Origin: Kudoa neothunni
Lineage: Eukaryota; Animalia; Cnidaria
NCBI GenBank assembly: GCA_964304625.1
Contig: OZ199839.1
Location: forward strand, 6,443,741 to 6,507,740
Length of the DNA stretch: 64,000 nucleotides
Direction of reading: 5' to 3'
The notes under the pieces are model-generated. The model was given only the letters and a program-made list of their open reading frames with translations. It had not been told where the DNA came from and searched no databases. The position numbers and the translations under genes were made by a program. Below are positions 1 through 13,246 of the stretch, in pieces. The first letter of the stretch is position 1, and each line of letters begins with the position of its first letter.

Positions 1-1060
1 GTTCACTCGAAAATGGTCATATCCGAGGGAACTTATACCATTGTAGGCTGCCCATTCATCGCTACAAATTTGTGAGCCTTTTATCACTTCGGTTTCAATA
101 GTAGGCAGGGGTGTGCTGGCGTTTCGTCGCTTTACATAAAAGTATCGGATATCTTTAAAGGTTCTAATATCATGGTCGTCAATTTTACATAAGCACAGCC
201 AAATATCCATGACCCATCAATACAGTTTACATACTTTTCCTTTATAATTTCCGTTGCTATATTTTACATTCAAAATATAAATGAAAGAATCATCTGCAAA
301 CTCGATCTCAGAAGGTAAATATTCACTCCCACTTATTTCATCGGTATCTATAAATATTTTGTTAAATAAAGTAAATATATAGTATGCATACTTGGAGACA
401 AAATTTCTCTATTGGGTGACGTGTGGAAAACGTCACCCTTTAGATATCTTCCACGGTTATGTTTCCTTTTCCCGTGTATAAAACACTCGTCAATTTCTAA
501 GACGTAGCCTTTTTCGTAAGAAGAGTGACACAAACCGTGAATTTTTTTATATCAGGCGGAAGCGGTTGGCCAACTTATGCCAGACATTTCAGCGGATGCT
601 GATAATATGGTGAAATCCATGGACCAATTATATAAAATTTAAAGAATTTTTTTCAATGTTAAATTTTGGGATGGACCAACTATTCCCGTCGTTGAAAAAA
701 ATGTTCCTATTCTAGTAGAAATATTAGTTTTACACTTAGATATAATTGAATTTATTTACATATGATATATTTGCATACTTTTTACAAATAAAAGTATAGG
801 AAAACTCCATCATATTTCTATCATATGATGTTTGTAGGTTACCGGTCTCAAAATGTTTAGCTTGCGTTTGCTTATTGTAAACGTATCATAATTCCAACAG
901 TTTTTACATCTGTTGAGGGCATTTCTCGGGTAAACTTTGGTTAACGAGGTTTTTAATAAATCATCATAATTATATATTACCAAGTAAAAATCATCATCTC
1001 CTCTGAAAACCAAAAACTCCATTGCCGATTGTGCGCCATGATATAATTTCCCGTGATACA
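1..1060 (-). mobile_element. Degenerate Merlin (IS1595/ISXO2-like DDE) transposase, truncated by the window edge
   Basis: Minus-strand fragments occur in the correct order: CKTNISTRIGTFF, VLEIDECFIHGKRKHNRGR, DGSWIFG, YVKRRNASTPLPTIETEVIKGSQICSDEWAAYNGISSLGYDHFRVN. These match the ISXO2 motifs EIDE..KRKYNRGR, W.FG and SDxW..Y..L...GY.H..VNH. Stops and frameshifts are present. The upstream boundary is approximate. Confidence 0.85.
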
Positions 1061-2102
1061 TTTAGTCAAGTTAGGAAATAAACTAAAATAGTACGGACAA
1101 TTTTAAACCACGAATGAATCATAATGTTTGCAAAAAACGCCAAATTTCAATACATGTCGTAAACATAAGATGGATTCCACGTGGCGATAATTTATCCCGA
1201 ATCAAAATTTGGTCCAAATTTAGAAATTAATTTCATGAATTGAATCTTTGCTCTCGATACTCTTCCTCATTGATAAATATAATAGTGAAAAAATGCACGT
1301 AAATGAGAGATTTTCAGGAGTCACAGGCTTTATAATTACCCATAGCCTAAAAGACGGTAGGTAATGATATTTGAAATCCCCCTGCGACCACTCATTACAT
1401 CAATCTAGGAATAAATATAATGAAATATTATTTTCCTTACGGTTTCATAGAATACTGAATCACTCGAAAATAACACAAATCCTTAATTTTTGCTATCATC
1501 ATCGTCTATTACTGAGGACATGTCTCCATATTAGTAGTAACTGCGACCAGAGTTTTCTGTGTAAATATTCATTTCTCCTGGGTTTCAGCCTATTTGGTGA
1601 TGAAAATTAGCACGAGTGATCGTTTTGGGAGAATAAAATATATCTTTGTGCCTTTAGTTCCACGTTATACCAATAATGTTGCTAATAAATAGTGTTTGAA
1701 ACAGCAATCCGCCGTATATTTGCTATCGAATTATTAAGCTAGGTGTCTTATTCACAATATATAAAATCGAGATAAATTAGATAAGTCTAAAACATATTCT
1801 ATCTCTATCTATGGTCAAGAAATATCCCAGCAAAGCACACGCGTTTTGTTTCTGAGGTTAGTACAGGGAAGGCTCATTAGCTTGATTATTCGTTAAAATT
1901 CTTGATTATATTTAAACAAAATATGATTTAATAGTGGAGAATATATATAAGTATTTTCATAAAAACTATAATTATTCATAATATAAAAATTACATTAACC
2001 GAAAGCAAAAAATTAAGAAATCAACAGCTTAAACGATCGAAAAATTACTAAGAAATGATTAAATCACAAAATTTATTAGCAAAAAACAACTACAAACACG
2101 AT

Positions 2103-4408
2103 TTATTTATTGTTATTTTTCGAAGACTCAAACTTGACAACCTAGGAAATTAGAAAGCGAATCAAATAACGTCAGTCAAAATAATAATTACTTGAGCGAC
2201 ATTTTGTTTAACAATCTGGTAGATTTCACCAATAAAAGTTGGCGAAGATTCATCCAGATCACTAACAAAGGCTTTACACACTAGAAACAGTTTTTTCCTG
2301 CATCGTTTGTAGAGGGGACTATTAGTGTCGGTCATGTTGTGTTTGCGTTGGAGTACAGCTTCTATTTGAGTCAGCAATTTCTTCAAAAATAGTCAAATCA
2401 ATATCGTTGAGGTTTTCCACAATTACTTTGCCGGAGTCGGATGAACGATGCGACGTTTTGGCAGATAAATTGTCGATCGAGGATAAATGACGAATACCGT
2501 CATTTAATTTATTCGCCTTTAACTGCACATCCATAGAAAAGGATGAATTTCGTTTTTTCAGCGACATTTTAGCTAATTAAATAAATTGGATTGAGTAATG
2601 CTCACCCAACGACAACGTAAACCACTCACCGCCATGGTTGTCACCGCTGTCGAAGCTGGCACATTTGAGAAGAGTTTTATGTGAGGCTGTTAAAGTGCTA
2701 CGGGTGGCGGAATCCATCTTTTCCAGCAATTTGTAATCAGAAGTTAGTTTGATGTTGTTTTCTTTGTCGAACACTATAATTAAGTGAATGTTTGTTAATA
2801 ATTCTCACTGTATCATTTATCCATTTATCGTACTGTAGTCTAATTTTTCGTTTGACGGAAGGTCATTATCAATTGTTAAATCAACAGATTGTCCGTCAAA
2901 AGGTCCAAAACCAAGCGGGAAGCAACGAATCTCAATGTCCTCGAATTTTTTAGCTAAGCAATACAACTTCTTATTGAAAATATTCAGTCTTGGATCTGTG
3001 AAACATTTGTGGTAGCAGATCAGTACAAAATTCATCAGAAAATAAGATTCTAATCACCCAGATTAATATTATCTAGTGTGTGTGTTCGAAAGTATTCTTT
3101 CAATTTTGGCCATAACGAACTTTTCTCGCCAATTCTGTTGTCGCAATAACGGAGTTCAATTAGAAAAATATTTTTCTCAAACAAAGTAGTTAAAAAAGGT
3201 TCATTATCCCTATAAAGATTCAAGATAGACTCGAGCATTTTCGAAGTTTGATTGAGAAACAATACTCAAATTGCAACTGAAAATAAGCGTCGCGGTCTAC
3301 GTGATTTTCGAGGAACGCACTGCTACTCAAATCGTAATGAATAAGGCCATATGGGCAGAATATTGAGTTATCTATTTGGCACGAAATGAATCAAACACAC
3401 CATCTCCATAAAATAGTTGTTCATATGGCAGGATGATTGTACCTAACAGTTTTAACAGATTTTCATCGTCGGTCTCCACTCTGAATAATGTGGCCACATT
3501 CTCGTTAATTGCGAACTAAAAATAGAAAATCAGAGTATTTCCATTGGTAGATGAATTCCTAGAGCCAAACTACCACACTGTTGGTTTGATTGGAGTGATC
3601 TGTTGTAGGTGATGAATCACATTTGTGATGTGGATCTTTTAATGAATAGTATCTCAGCGCACCTCGCCAAAAAACATCAGATTCCAACCATTCAACCAAA
3701 TCATCCATGTCCAACCACTCGAAATTAATCAAAAAATTCCAACCATTCCTAAATCGATATTGTGTGAGTAGCATAGATAACAATAATAGAAGAATTTAAA
3801 GCTGTTGGGTTGATAGGCAACAGTTACTTGAATGAAGATGACAATGTATCCAATTGTGATGTACAAAGACTTATATTGGCGCCATACACATAGAAAAAAT
3901 ACAACGATAATTCATTTAACCAACTAAACACAATGAACCACTCATTATCCACCTGTGACTATTAACATTAATCGAATTCGTACCTAATGTAGGATGAATT
4001 GTTCTCAAAACTCGTATCGTTCATTATAAATACGCGTAAATCAACAGCACACTCATGGAATGAATCCATCAACTTAACACAACGTTGCATTATGCGATCA
4101 CAGGATTGTTGAGTGCTATCACCACCATCCCTGCTGGTGGTCGATATACGTTCAATTGATGACTGAAGATATTTGGAAAGGTTCTCACTGTTGAGAACCT
4201 CCCTCCATATGCAGAACTCCTCACACTCTCTCTCCCCAAACTGATCGCTTATTAAAGCTACTTTGAGACTGGTTTTAGTACAGATTGCGTTCATTTTACT
4301 GACCAACAGAGAACTGCTGGAAAAACAATTGTACAATTTTTCAAGTGTTGAATTAACTCCGGATGAACACGAATTCACTATCATCAACAAATACTTGTCC
4401 ATTTCCAT
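2103..4408 (-). CDS. MTBP: MDM2-binding protein (Sld7-like replication-initiation factor), multi-exon
   Basis: The N-terminus MEMDKYLLMIV resembles vertebrate MTBP MDRYLLLVI. DDLVEWLESDVFWRGAL resembles EDLRNVIDSKELWRGKI. The spliced C-terminus KKLLTQIEAVLQRKHNMTDTNSPLYKRCRKKLFLVCKAFVSDL...VKQNVAQ|VVKFESSKNNNK* resembles the MTBP C-terminal domain (LKKHSITET..C.QRLFEISKFYLKDL...NNAVQV). Short GT-AG introns join the ORF pieces. Not every internal junction was resolved. Confidence 0.8.
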
Positions 4409-5438
4409 CAACAACCTACTATCTCCACCTATGGCTCCATGTATTTTTTGCGCGCGTGTTATAATATTTAATATCTAATTAAAGCAATGCACCAAAAATA
4501 AGCGAGAGATTAGCTATCCAATGCTCTAAATAGGAATCCAATTGATAGAGTTGACTGGTCTCGTACATCATTCGTTTGGTGTCACATGGGTGAACCCACC
4601 AACACATCATACCACTCATTGGATGACTCTAAACACAATGAAATCCATTTACAACACCACACCGAGATTAGCTTAGTCTTAATCTTCACTACGATCAAAC
4701 CGCTTCGGCATCAACCACCCAACACCGTGGTTTCAATAATTTAATTCGATATCAAAAAAAAGGTTACCGTTTTCGATATATGTGTCGGTTGTCTGCATTC
4801 TATAAGCTGTTCAAGTTTTCCTAGCTCTATCAATGGATTTCCTTCTAAATAATACATTAAAACACATATTTTTGTGTGTAAAATTAGTGGAGTTGTCTTC
4901 TATGGAGATTATGATAATATTATTTAAAATAGAATTTGTAAATTGTAATTTTGTTCGGATTTATGATTGATATTTATTATGAAGCCGAAAGATCGTTGTG
5001 TTTCGTTATTCCTTTTGCGGCTTGACTCACGGTGATTAATTAACCCTTTCATTAAAAGCTTTACTATTTTCAGCTGAAGACAGTTATTTCTCTCTCAAAA
5101 GCTATATAAATGTTAAAATATTGTTTAAGATTACCAAAATTTTATTTATTTATTTATTCTCGTTAGATATCAACGTGATTTAATCGCTAGGCGGATAACC
5201 GGGTTTACACATCTACCTATCGAAGCATTTACATAACAGTTTTCAAGTGCTAATTTTATCTTCTATTCCGCAGCCATTAACACTATGGAGATTGCAAAAA
5301 GTAATATTTTGTTTAAGCCACAATTAATCCAAATGTTTTCGAATAACTTTTGTTGGGTGTTCGGAAATATTCGTGCCATGCTGTTAAAATTAATAATTAA
5401 CCCAGTTTTAGGGATTTTGATAATTTGGGTGTGTTGTG

Positions 5439-5672
5439 TAACCTTTTGAGGACAACCTTAGGCAAAATGAGCCCACGTTTATATTATAAATTTTATTAAT
5501 AAACTTGGTATATTTTACGTAATTTACCTAATTTTTAAAAATAGTATTATTTATCGATTAATGTAATAAAATGAGTAGAAGTTCCGATGAAAACACATAA
5601 AATGTAACCAACTTAACAACACGATAATATAGAGGTGGCGCATGGAGTTTATGGTTGTCCTCAAAGGGTTAA
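5439..5672. mobile_element. piggyBac-type MITE (~230 bp)
   Basis: TIRs CCTTTTGAGGACAACC...GGTTGTCCTCAAAGGG are followed by TTAA. An inverted homologous copy lies at 43453-43712. Confidence 0.75.
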
Positions 5673-7928
5673 TGAAGAAAAATCATTTAAATACTTTTGT
5701 AAGAGGAAGTTATTAATTTTTTATGTTAATGTTTAATAATTAAGCGTATTCATCATTATTTTATTTTGATAACTTTTGAACAACGAAAAGACGTACGAAA
5801 TAATTTTTGACGCGCGTGCGCCAACACAAAGGTGTTTAGATATTAAAATTTAGATGAAATGGCGCGTATCCATTAATTTCGAGCGATTCTTCAAGGAAAA
5901 AAATTTTGAGTTCTCATGTAATAACTAAAACCACTAATTGATGTAAATATAAACGCGCGCGTAATTACAGGATTTCAAAATCAAAATGCAACCTTCTTAA
6001 ATTAAAACATAGTTCCAGTTATCAATATTTTCTGCGTTTGACCTTCAGAGCGTTTTTGGGATCAATAAAACCCCAGTCATTTATCTCAATATAACTATTT
6101 TATACATTTCTAAACTATAGATTAAATATTTTTAAACAATTTCTTTAATTCAAATTGAAATTTTTTTTAATGAACCTGATGAAAAACTAAAAATTTAATG
6201 AACGATGTTGGCCGATTATCACCGATAAGGTAAATTTTTAATGATGAGCGATTTTGAACACGATTTATTGTCAAATTATGATGCATAGGCGAGTGAAATT
6301 TATGACGAAATTGCTATGTTGATAAAAATGGAGATAAATGATCGATTGAAAAGTCTAAAATAGCGGAAACCAGAAGTTATAATCTATTATAATCAACACA
6401 AGGGTAGTGTAGTCACAATTGGCATGATTATATCTACAACAAATGCCAAAAGATACACAAATCGATGACCAACAGCTGTTCTCTGCTATATCATTGATAT
6501 TAGTTTAATTATCACATTTCACATTTACAAAAATATTTTCTCAGATTCAAATTTTTGGAACAGTTAGCTGATAGTCTAGTTAAAAAAGATGTTATTTGTT
6601 TGACTGTGTTCAAGACAAAAAAATAAAAATATTCAGTTCAAATGGACAATTGACAATTATATTGTGAAAATCACTCAAAACTCACTTGCTCAAAATGCTC
6701 CAAATATAGCAATTATTAGGTTTAAAAAAATATCATGCCCCAATTTTATCAAACATTTGAAACTTCATCAATAGGAATGGCTACACAACTTAAATTAGTC
6801 AAATATTGATTTATATACACAATTTAATGATTTCGGCATTATTCGTACAATCTCGTACGTGCTATTTTTAGTCATTACTCCAACATTAATGATTAGATTT
6901 AATTTTAGCCCCATAAAATATTTTATTATACCTTTATTGGGGAAAAAATCTGTGGTCGTATTGACCCCAAAATAAGGAGAGTGTATTGTCGATTTTGGGA
7001 CGCTCGGCAAGTTAACGTCCTATAATGTATTTCTTAGCTTCAAAATAAATCTTATACGGAGAATTTGTTAGGATAACGAGATTTTTTACAATTACTTCAG
7101 TTTTGGATAGGGAGAATAAAAACCATACAAAAAAAACAATAGAGGGGTACACTCTAATTTAGGATAATTCAATACAATCTAGGAGAATGAGATTACAAAT
7201 CCTTCCTTATTATGTATTATGTAATATCAAGGTATAAATGATCGTTTAACAGAAATACGCTTCTAGTAAAAAACAACTTAAATACAAATGAAATCTAATA
7301 TTTGCAGAATATAAAAATATATGACTCTAAGACGGAGATATCGCGTACTACACGACACGAACCGAGTATTGACGAAACGCACATAGCGTTTTAAGTCGGA
7401 ACGAGTAATTTATAAAAAATTTATCTTAGAGTTATTGACTGCAGTCAAAAATTAGAAAAAACATTTAGAATTATTTTTAAGGCAAATGGAAAATTACCAC
7501 AATCCGTCACACTAAAATACAACACCGGCACCTGATATGACACACTATGGATTATGTGAAATTGAAAACTAAATTCTTTCTATAATTCAATAGAGAAAAA
7601 TCCTGACCGGAAACAAATTACTTCATTCTCACGCTTTTCCAAGTATACAATATCCTAGCACACATAACAGAAAAACAATAGAGAGTTTTTCACAGGCTGT
7701 AATACCTTAAAATATTTTTTGCGCCATTTCGAATGATGTTTTCTCGATAGTCTATCACAACAAACTACAAAGTTATCGTACGAAATTCGACCATCAAACA
7801 TGTGAACGGTGTCTCGGGTTTATTCGGGTGTGTGCACGAGACTTCTACGAACGCCGTCAGCCGTATATATTTAGTTTGCGTTAAGGTAGTTTTTTGGTGT
7901 GCTCTGTGCTGATTCATTGTTTCATAGG

Positions 7929-8594
7929 ATGCCAACCTACTCTGTTACTCCAGAAAATCCCACAAAATGTTGCAAATCACAGGGTTCCTACTTGAGAGTC
8001 CATTTCAAAAATACTCGCGAAGCTGCAGCTATGTTAAAAAATATGCACTTGAAAAAGGCCCAGGAATACCTCAGTAATGTGATGAGTCACAAAGACATTG
8101 TGCCATTTAGAAGATTTTGTGGGGGTGTTGGAAGGAAATCGATGGTATATCATCATCCATCCATTTGTTGCTCGGTCGCAGTATTTTAATGCCTTGATAC
8201 CCATAGGCTAAGCAACACAAAGCTTCCCAAGGTAGATGGCCCGAAAAAAGTTGCAAGCATCTTCTTTATTTGCTGAAAAATCTCGAAAGCAATGCCGAAG
8301 TGAAAGGACTTGATGTTGACAGTCTTGTGCTCACTCACGTACAAGTGAATCCCGCTCCTGTTATGAGAAGAAGAACCTATCGTGCTCACGGTCGTGTTAA
8401 CCGTATGTTGTTTTTCCTGATTGTCGTTCACAGTTGGTTTTATTCTAGCCTATATGAGCAATCCATGCCACATTGAAATCATTGCCAGTGAAAAGGATAA
8501 ATACATCCCTAAGGCTACCACCGGTAGTGTTGTTGTTAAAAAGGTATCCAAAAAGAAGATGGCCAGAGAATTGCGCGCTCAAAAGCAAAAATAA
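7929..8594 (+). CDS. RPL17: 60S ribosomal protein L17 (uL22); exons 7929-8144, 8207-8402, 8449-8594
   Basis: Contains [44 protein letters not shown] and [23 protein letters not shown]. Canonical introns lie at 8145-8206 and 8403-8448, with a probable 5'UTR intron ending just before the ATG. Confidence 0.98.
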
Positions 8595-9182
8595 TTATCT
8601 ATCTCCAATTTAGACAATTGAAATTTGGATATATTAGAAATTACGGCTTTATTTTCGCGTCTTTCCTATAAATTTTCTTAATTCGGGGCTTTATAAAATT
8701 CGGTTTTGTTATAATGTTATGATGATTTTACGGTAATCGATAAATACCATAGAAAAGTGTTTCGACTATAATTGCTTTATCTGCTGTCGTTGGGTGAACG
8801 TTTTTCAGTTGAATCTTTGCGACTCAGACTCAGCTACTCGAATTGTTTATTATTGTTATGAGTTGGAATTGGTTTCAAATATCTCAATTAAATGTATAGA
8901 GACTAAGTTTCCATAGAAGTGTGTATCAAAAAGTGATTTTAGATGGGACTAAACAAATACTGAGCCGATGTTCTATTTGAGGAGTGTAATAACAATCTAA
9001 ACTCTTTAACTGATGAGAAACATAAAATATATGTTGAAATGCTTCACAGTGGCTATCTTGGTGTTTTCAATATGAAATTTTCAAAGTACTTTATAACTTA
9101 AGATTTGGTCTCTAATTTTCTTATTTTTTTGACTATACCAACGGCCATATTACTAATTTTTCTGAAAATGATGATATACTGA

Positions 9183-10295
9183 TTAACCCTCTAATGAATT
9201 TTTGATAAATTTTTACCAAAACAAATAGTAATTGGTCGTATACATGATTTTTCTCCTTTTATAGGATACGCGTTTTTTTAATCTTTCGAAACGGTGAGAT
9301 ATATACGATTTTAAAATATTATGACTAAAAATATAAAATCATTGAAGAAATAATAATATGTTTACAACTCAATGAATTTTTTTTATCCATTTGATAGATA
9401 AAATGTTAGTTATTACAATAATCAAATTTGGGGTTTATCTCATGGATATCTTTGAAGTTATATGGCTATTATTTCTATTAATTGTCACTAACTTTCCATT
9501 TAATTTTTTCGTTTGCGGTAATAGAAAACGGATTCAGACGATAGTAGTTATAATGATTAGTCAATTTCTTCTAAAAATGATTGTGAATATTTAAAACCAG
9601 TATGTCGGAAGAAACTTGCGGGATTGAAAACTGAGAATTCGGTTCAATGTACAACCAATAAGATAGCGTATAGTGGTGTTTTCCTATTTTGTGGATGTTT
9701 AACTTATAAATTTGTTATCCATATATATAAAAATCCTGAGATCTCTTCTTATCCATTTCTGTATAACCCAGGAAACAAACTTCAAAAACAGAATTCTCAT
9801 GATGTGAATTTATTCCATTGATAATTGATTAGAAAACCACTACTGTTTGTTTCAGATGCACGAAACGCTGCTGCTAAATTCATTCTATGAATGTTTGCGA
9901 ATCTTATTTTCATTAAATATTGTATTTTATTGTGAAAATAATAATTTGAATATTTATTACATGATATAAGCGTGAAATCTACTAAAATATTAAGCTTTAA
10001 TCGAAAACTGTCTTGGCGGATTCTAACGAATACAGCTTTCGTAGGATTATGAGGATTACTTCTCATGATGTTTGTTGTTCTACAACTGAATCTAGCGTGA
10101 GGATTTTGTCTACTTTTATTTTATGCGAATAAATATTTTAATTTATTATAAATCCTAAAGTACGTAACAACCCACATAATTCAAAAATTGTCCATATCCA
10201 ATTTTGATGTCACATAATTTACCTATTGTCATCTAAAATTTACCCCCTTTGGTAAATTTACATCTGGTTGAGAACTCACTACATTAGAGGGTTAA
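9183..10295 (-). mobile_element. Internally deleted piggyBac-like element
   Basis: Termini are TTAA-CCCTCTAATG (9183) and CATTAGAGGG-TTAA (10295). Minus-strand fragments NILVDFTLI, SGFLINY and IYMDNKFIS loosely follow the piggyBac DDD motif order. An orphan hAT-MITE end (GGTTGAGAAC) sits just inside the right terminus. Confidence 0.5.
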
Positions 10296-12049
10296 CAAGT
10301 TGCCGGAATAAATATGTAAATTGGGTGCGTCACGTGATTTTTGATATATATTTTGCGTCATTTATATCAACTAAAATTGAAGATAATTGTATGTATGTAT
10401 GTATGTATGTAATAATTGGAAACATTCACAATTATACTTAATTAATTTTACAGAAAGTATGCAAAATCGGTTAACTATTGGAATTTCTAGAACGCGTGAA
10501 CGTGATGTGACATACGGAGTTATTAAAACGCTAAAAATGATATTGGTTACATTAAAAACGGATTTATTGAGACATCAATTAACATAATTTCTCCATAATT
10601 TCCATAGATTAACTTAAACTTATTTAAGTCCATAATGTATTTAAAAGTAGAGAATACATTTTATTTGCATTACTCTTCCTAAAAGTGTCTATTTTTTATA
10701 TACAACGCGGTCGTTTATTAGCCTAGCTTTTACAGTTTCCAAAAAAGATTGAGCGTGATGAAATGTGTGATGCATTTCACGCCAATCACGCGCGTGACGT
10801 GACACGCATAGAAACCCTATTACGGACTATATATCCTATATATACGTAGATCAAATAAAACCCACCCTTAATATGATTAAAATATTAATAATATATGAAC
10901 ATTATACAAATAAGACCAATTTCAATATCGAAAACGATTTTTGAAGAAATTATTAATTAAAGATAACATTGAAAGATAAATATTAGCTAATAAATTTTTT
11001 ATAAGTTAGTTTTTTAACTATGATATTGATCTATAATTCATATAATAACACATTTAAAATTATGGAATAATTGTCACTTGTTTATAACTTAAACTGAAAT
11101 TTATGTCATTACTGTGCATTTTACTTCTAAAAATTAAGTAGCAAATCCACAAATAGATTTTCTATAAATAGTCTGAATATAAAATAAAGCATTCACTGAA
11201 ATAATGTAATTCCATACTAATATAAAAATTTTTTGTTTACTCCTTTTTTTATTTATCGAAAATCGACTGTTCTAATATTACTTTTAAATATAATATTTAT
11301 ACCAAGATTTATTATATAAGATTCCAAATATATTGAACATTTTAAATTGTTGATACAACTACATATAATTTTGGAGACTAATAAATTTTCATGAAAATGC
11401 ATGTATGACTCCCCCTTTACGTGTATAATATATAAGTCTATAAAAATCTGTAAACTAAAAGTAGCATTAATAAACCGATATACGTACATTAAAAGTCAAC
11501 ATAACATTTTTGTATATTAGAAAATACGATGTTTTTGTGAAATATGCGAACAATCTATTTTTTAATTGAAAGTTGTTATAATTAAATAAATAAAAATGTA
11601 TATAGTGATAATAAATAATTTCTGAGATAGGAAATAGGAACAAGAGGAGAATGTTAAATATTTATTGTAACACGATTAATTCAGCTCGTTTAATCGGGAA
11701 CGTTCGGATGGAAAATTGTTAAGATTTAGAAGTTGTTATTATTGGCTGCATCTTTGTAATTTGAATCATTTTGTTATAGAAAATAATTCAAAAAGAAGAA
11801 AAATTTGAGCAAGACGGTGACACTCACTCCAACATTCCTTGAACATCACCCCATTAAATCCAAATTATTCGTTAAGATATTCTAAACAGCTTTGACATTT
11901 ATTCTAAAATTAAAGTAAGTATATGCAACTAGTCTATAATGAACTCAGAATTTATTTATAACAAAATCGGATACCGAACGATTGCGAATCGAACACGCGA
12001 TAACAGAGTTCATAATGTGAGCGCTCACGCAGGCCTTCTAAGACGTGTG

Positions 12050-12110
12050 TATGTGATGAGACTTAGGTCCGTGTTGTTGAATTCTCATGAGAAATACCTA
12101 ATCTGATATA
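12050..12110 (+). ncRNA. Candidate box C/D snoRNA, U18/SNORD18-like
   Basis: Box C GTGATGA (12053), guide GGTCCGTGTT, D' TTGA (12077), C' ATGAGA and box D CTGA (12103). The guide is antisense to the conserved LSU rRNA sequence AACACGGACC, with the same spacing to D' as U18. Confidence 0.55.
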
Positions 12111-13246
12111 AAACTAACGTCGAGATGGCATTATTGCTCGTGATTTGAGTGAAATGTGCGCATTTATGCTCAACTAGTCTGACCTTACATTCGGTTCTGT
12201 CGTGACCACTTACGCAGTTGAATCCTCCCTTCTGTATAATTCTGTATAATTCTGTGTGCCGCTGAATCCTTCCTCATAACTTTCTGTGCAGCTATATTGT
12301 CGGATTAGTTTTAATTTGGTCCATGATTTGTTCATGCCATCTTTATATGTACATATGTATATGTGCGATTATTTAGATTATACAATATTTATAGGCTATA
12401 TGGTATAATTCATATCATATTTTTGACGAATTGGCCGCCGAATCATTATATTAATGTGTACATTAAATTACTGTTATTTTATTCCATTCAAGGGGCGTGC
12501 GTTTGAAGCTGATCCTAACACACCAATAAAGTCAATGCTATTGTTTTTGGATTTGATTGTAATGGGTTGTATAATTGGTATAATTTTTCGATATAATATT
12601 GAATTAAACCTGTTGAAGTTGGTTTCGGTCGCTTTATATGAATAGAATTAATGATCGTTGTTTGGTGCATCTATCGATCGTGTTTGTTGTAAATAAAAAT
12701 AAAATTGCAAAAAACAACTATTATATACGGATAAATAAGATTACATAAGAAACATAAGAAATACGGACTATTATGTCTATGGAAGTGTGTACTATCTGAA
12801 GAATCTAGGTTGAAGCTTGGTTGTTTCTTTATGAATAATATTGTATTCTATACGGATAATTTAAATGAATTACTATTGCTATATAATAAATATTCGTCCA
12901 TCAGGTGAATATTTGTAATATCCGAGTTGATGTTTGACCATAATTAGCTCTGTTTTTGTTCAATCAAAAAAGACTAATTGGCATTTAATGACCTGATATC
13001 AATTACGATTCGCGTATAATGGCCTTATTTTTTACTACTTGATGAAAAATATAATACCTTATTAACTATATACATTGAATACGAGTTATAGCACTTGCAT
13101 ATTTGATATATACAGTTGTGATATTTTGCTCAGATATTATATACACATAATCTATGCAATTTACGATATAAACAGTAATCTACAAACTGGAGTATTAGGA
13201 AGGTGTTGTCACGATAAGTCCAAAAGATCATCCAAAAAATCTAAAA

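Noticed and set aside
1330-1620. Minus-strand exon-like fragments with one clean intron
   Set aside because: They contain in-frame stops and no recognisable family. At best an unassignable pseudogene.
4444-5965. E2F/MCB-like CGCG sites upstream of MTBP
   Set aside because: None matches TTTSSCGC exactly, and similar CGCG runs occur in TE ends elsewhere.
8715-8790. C/D snoRNA downstream of RPL17 (ATGATGA)
   Set aside because: There is no box D at a suitable distance and no recognisable rRNA guide.
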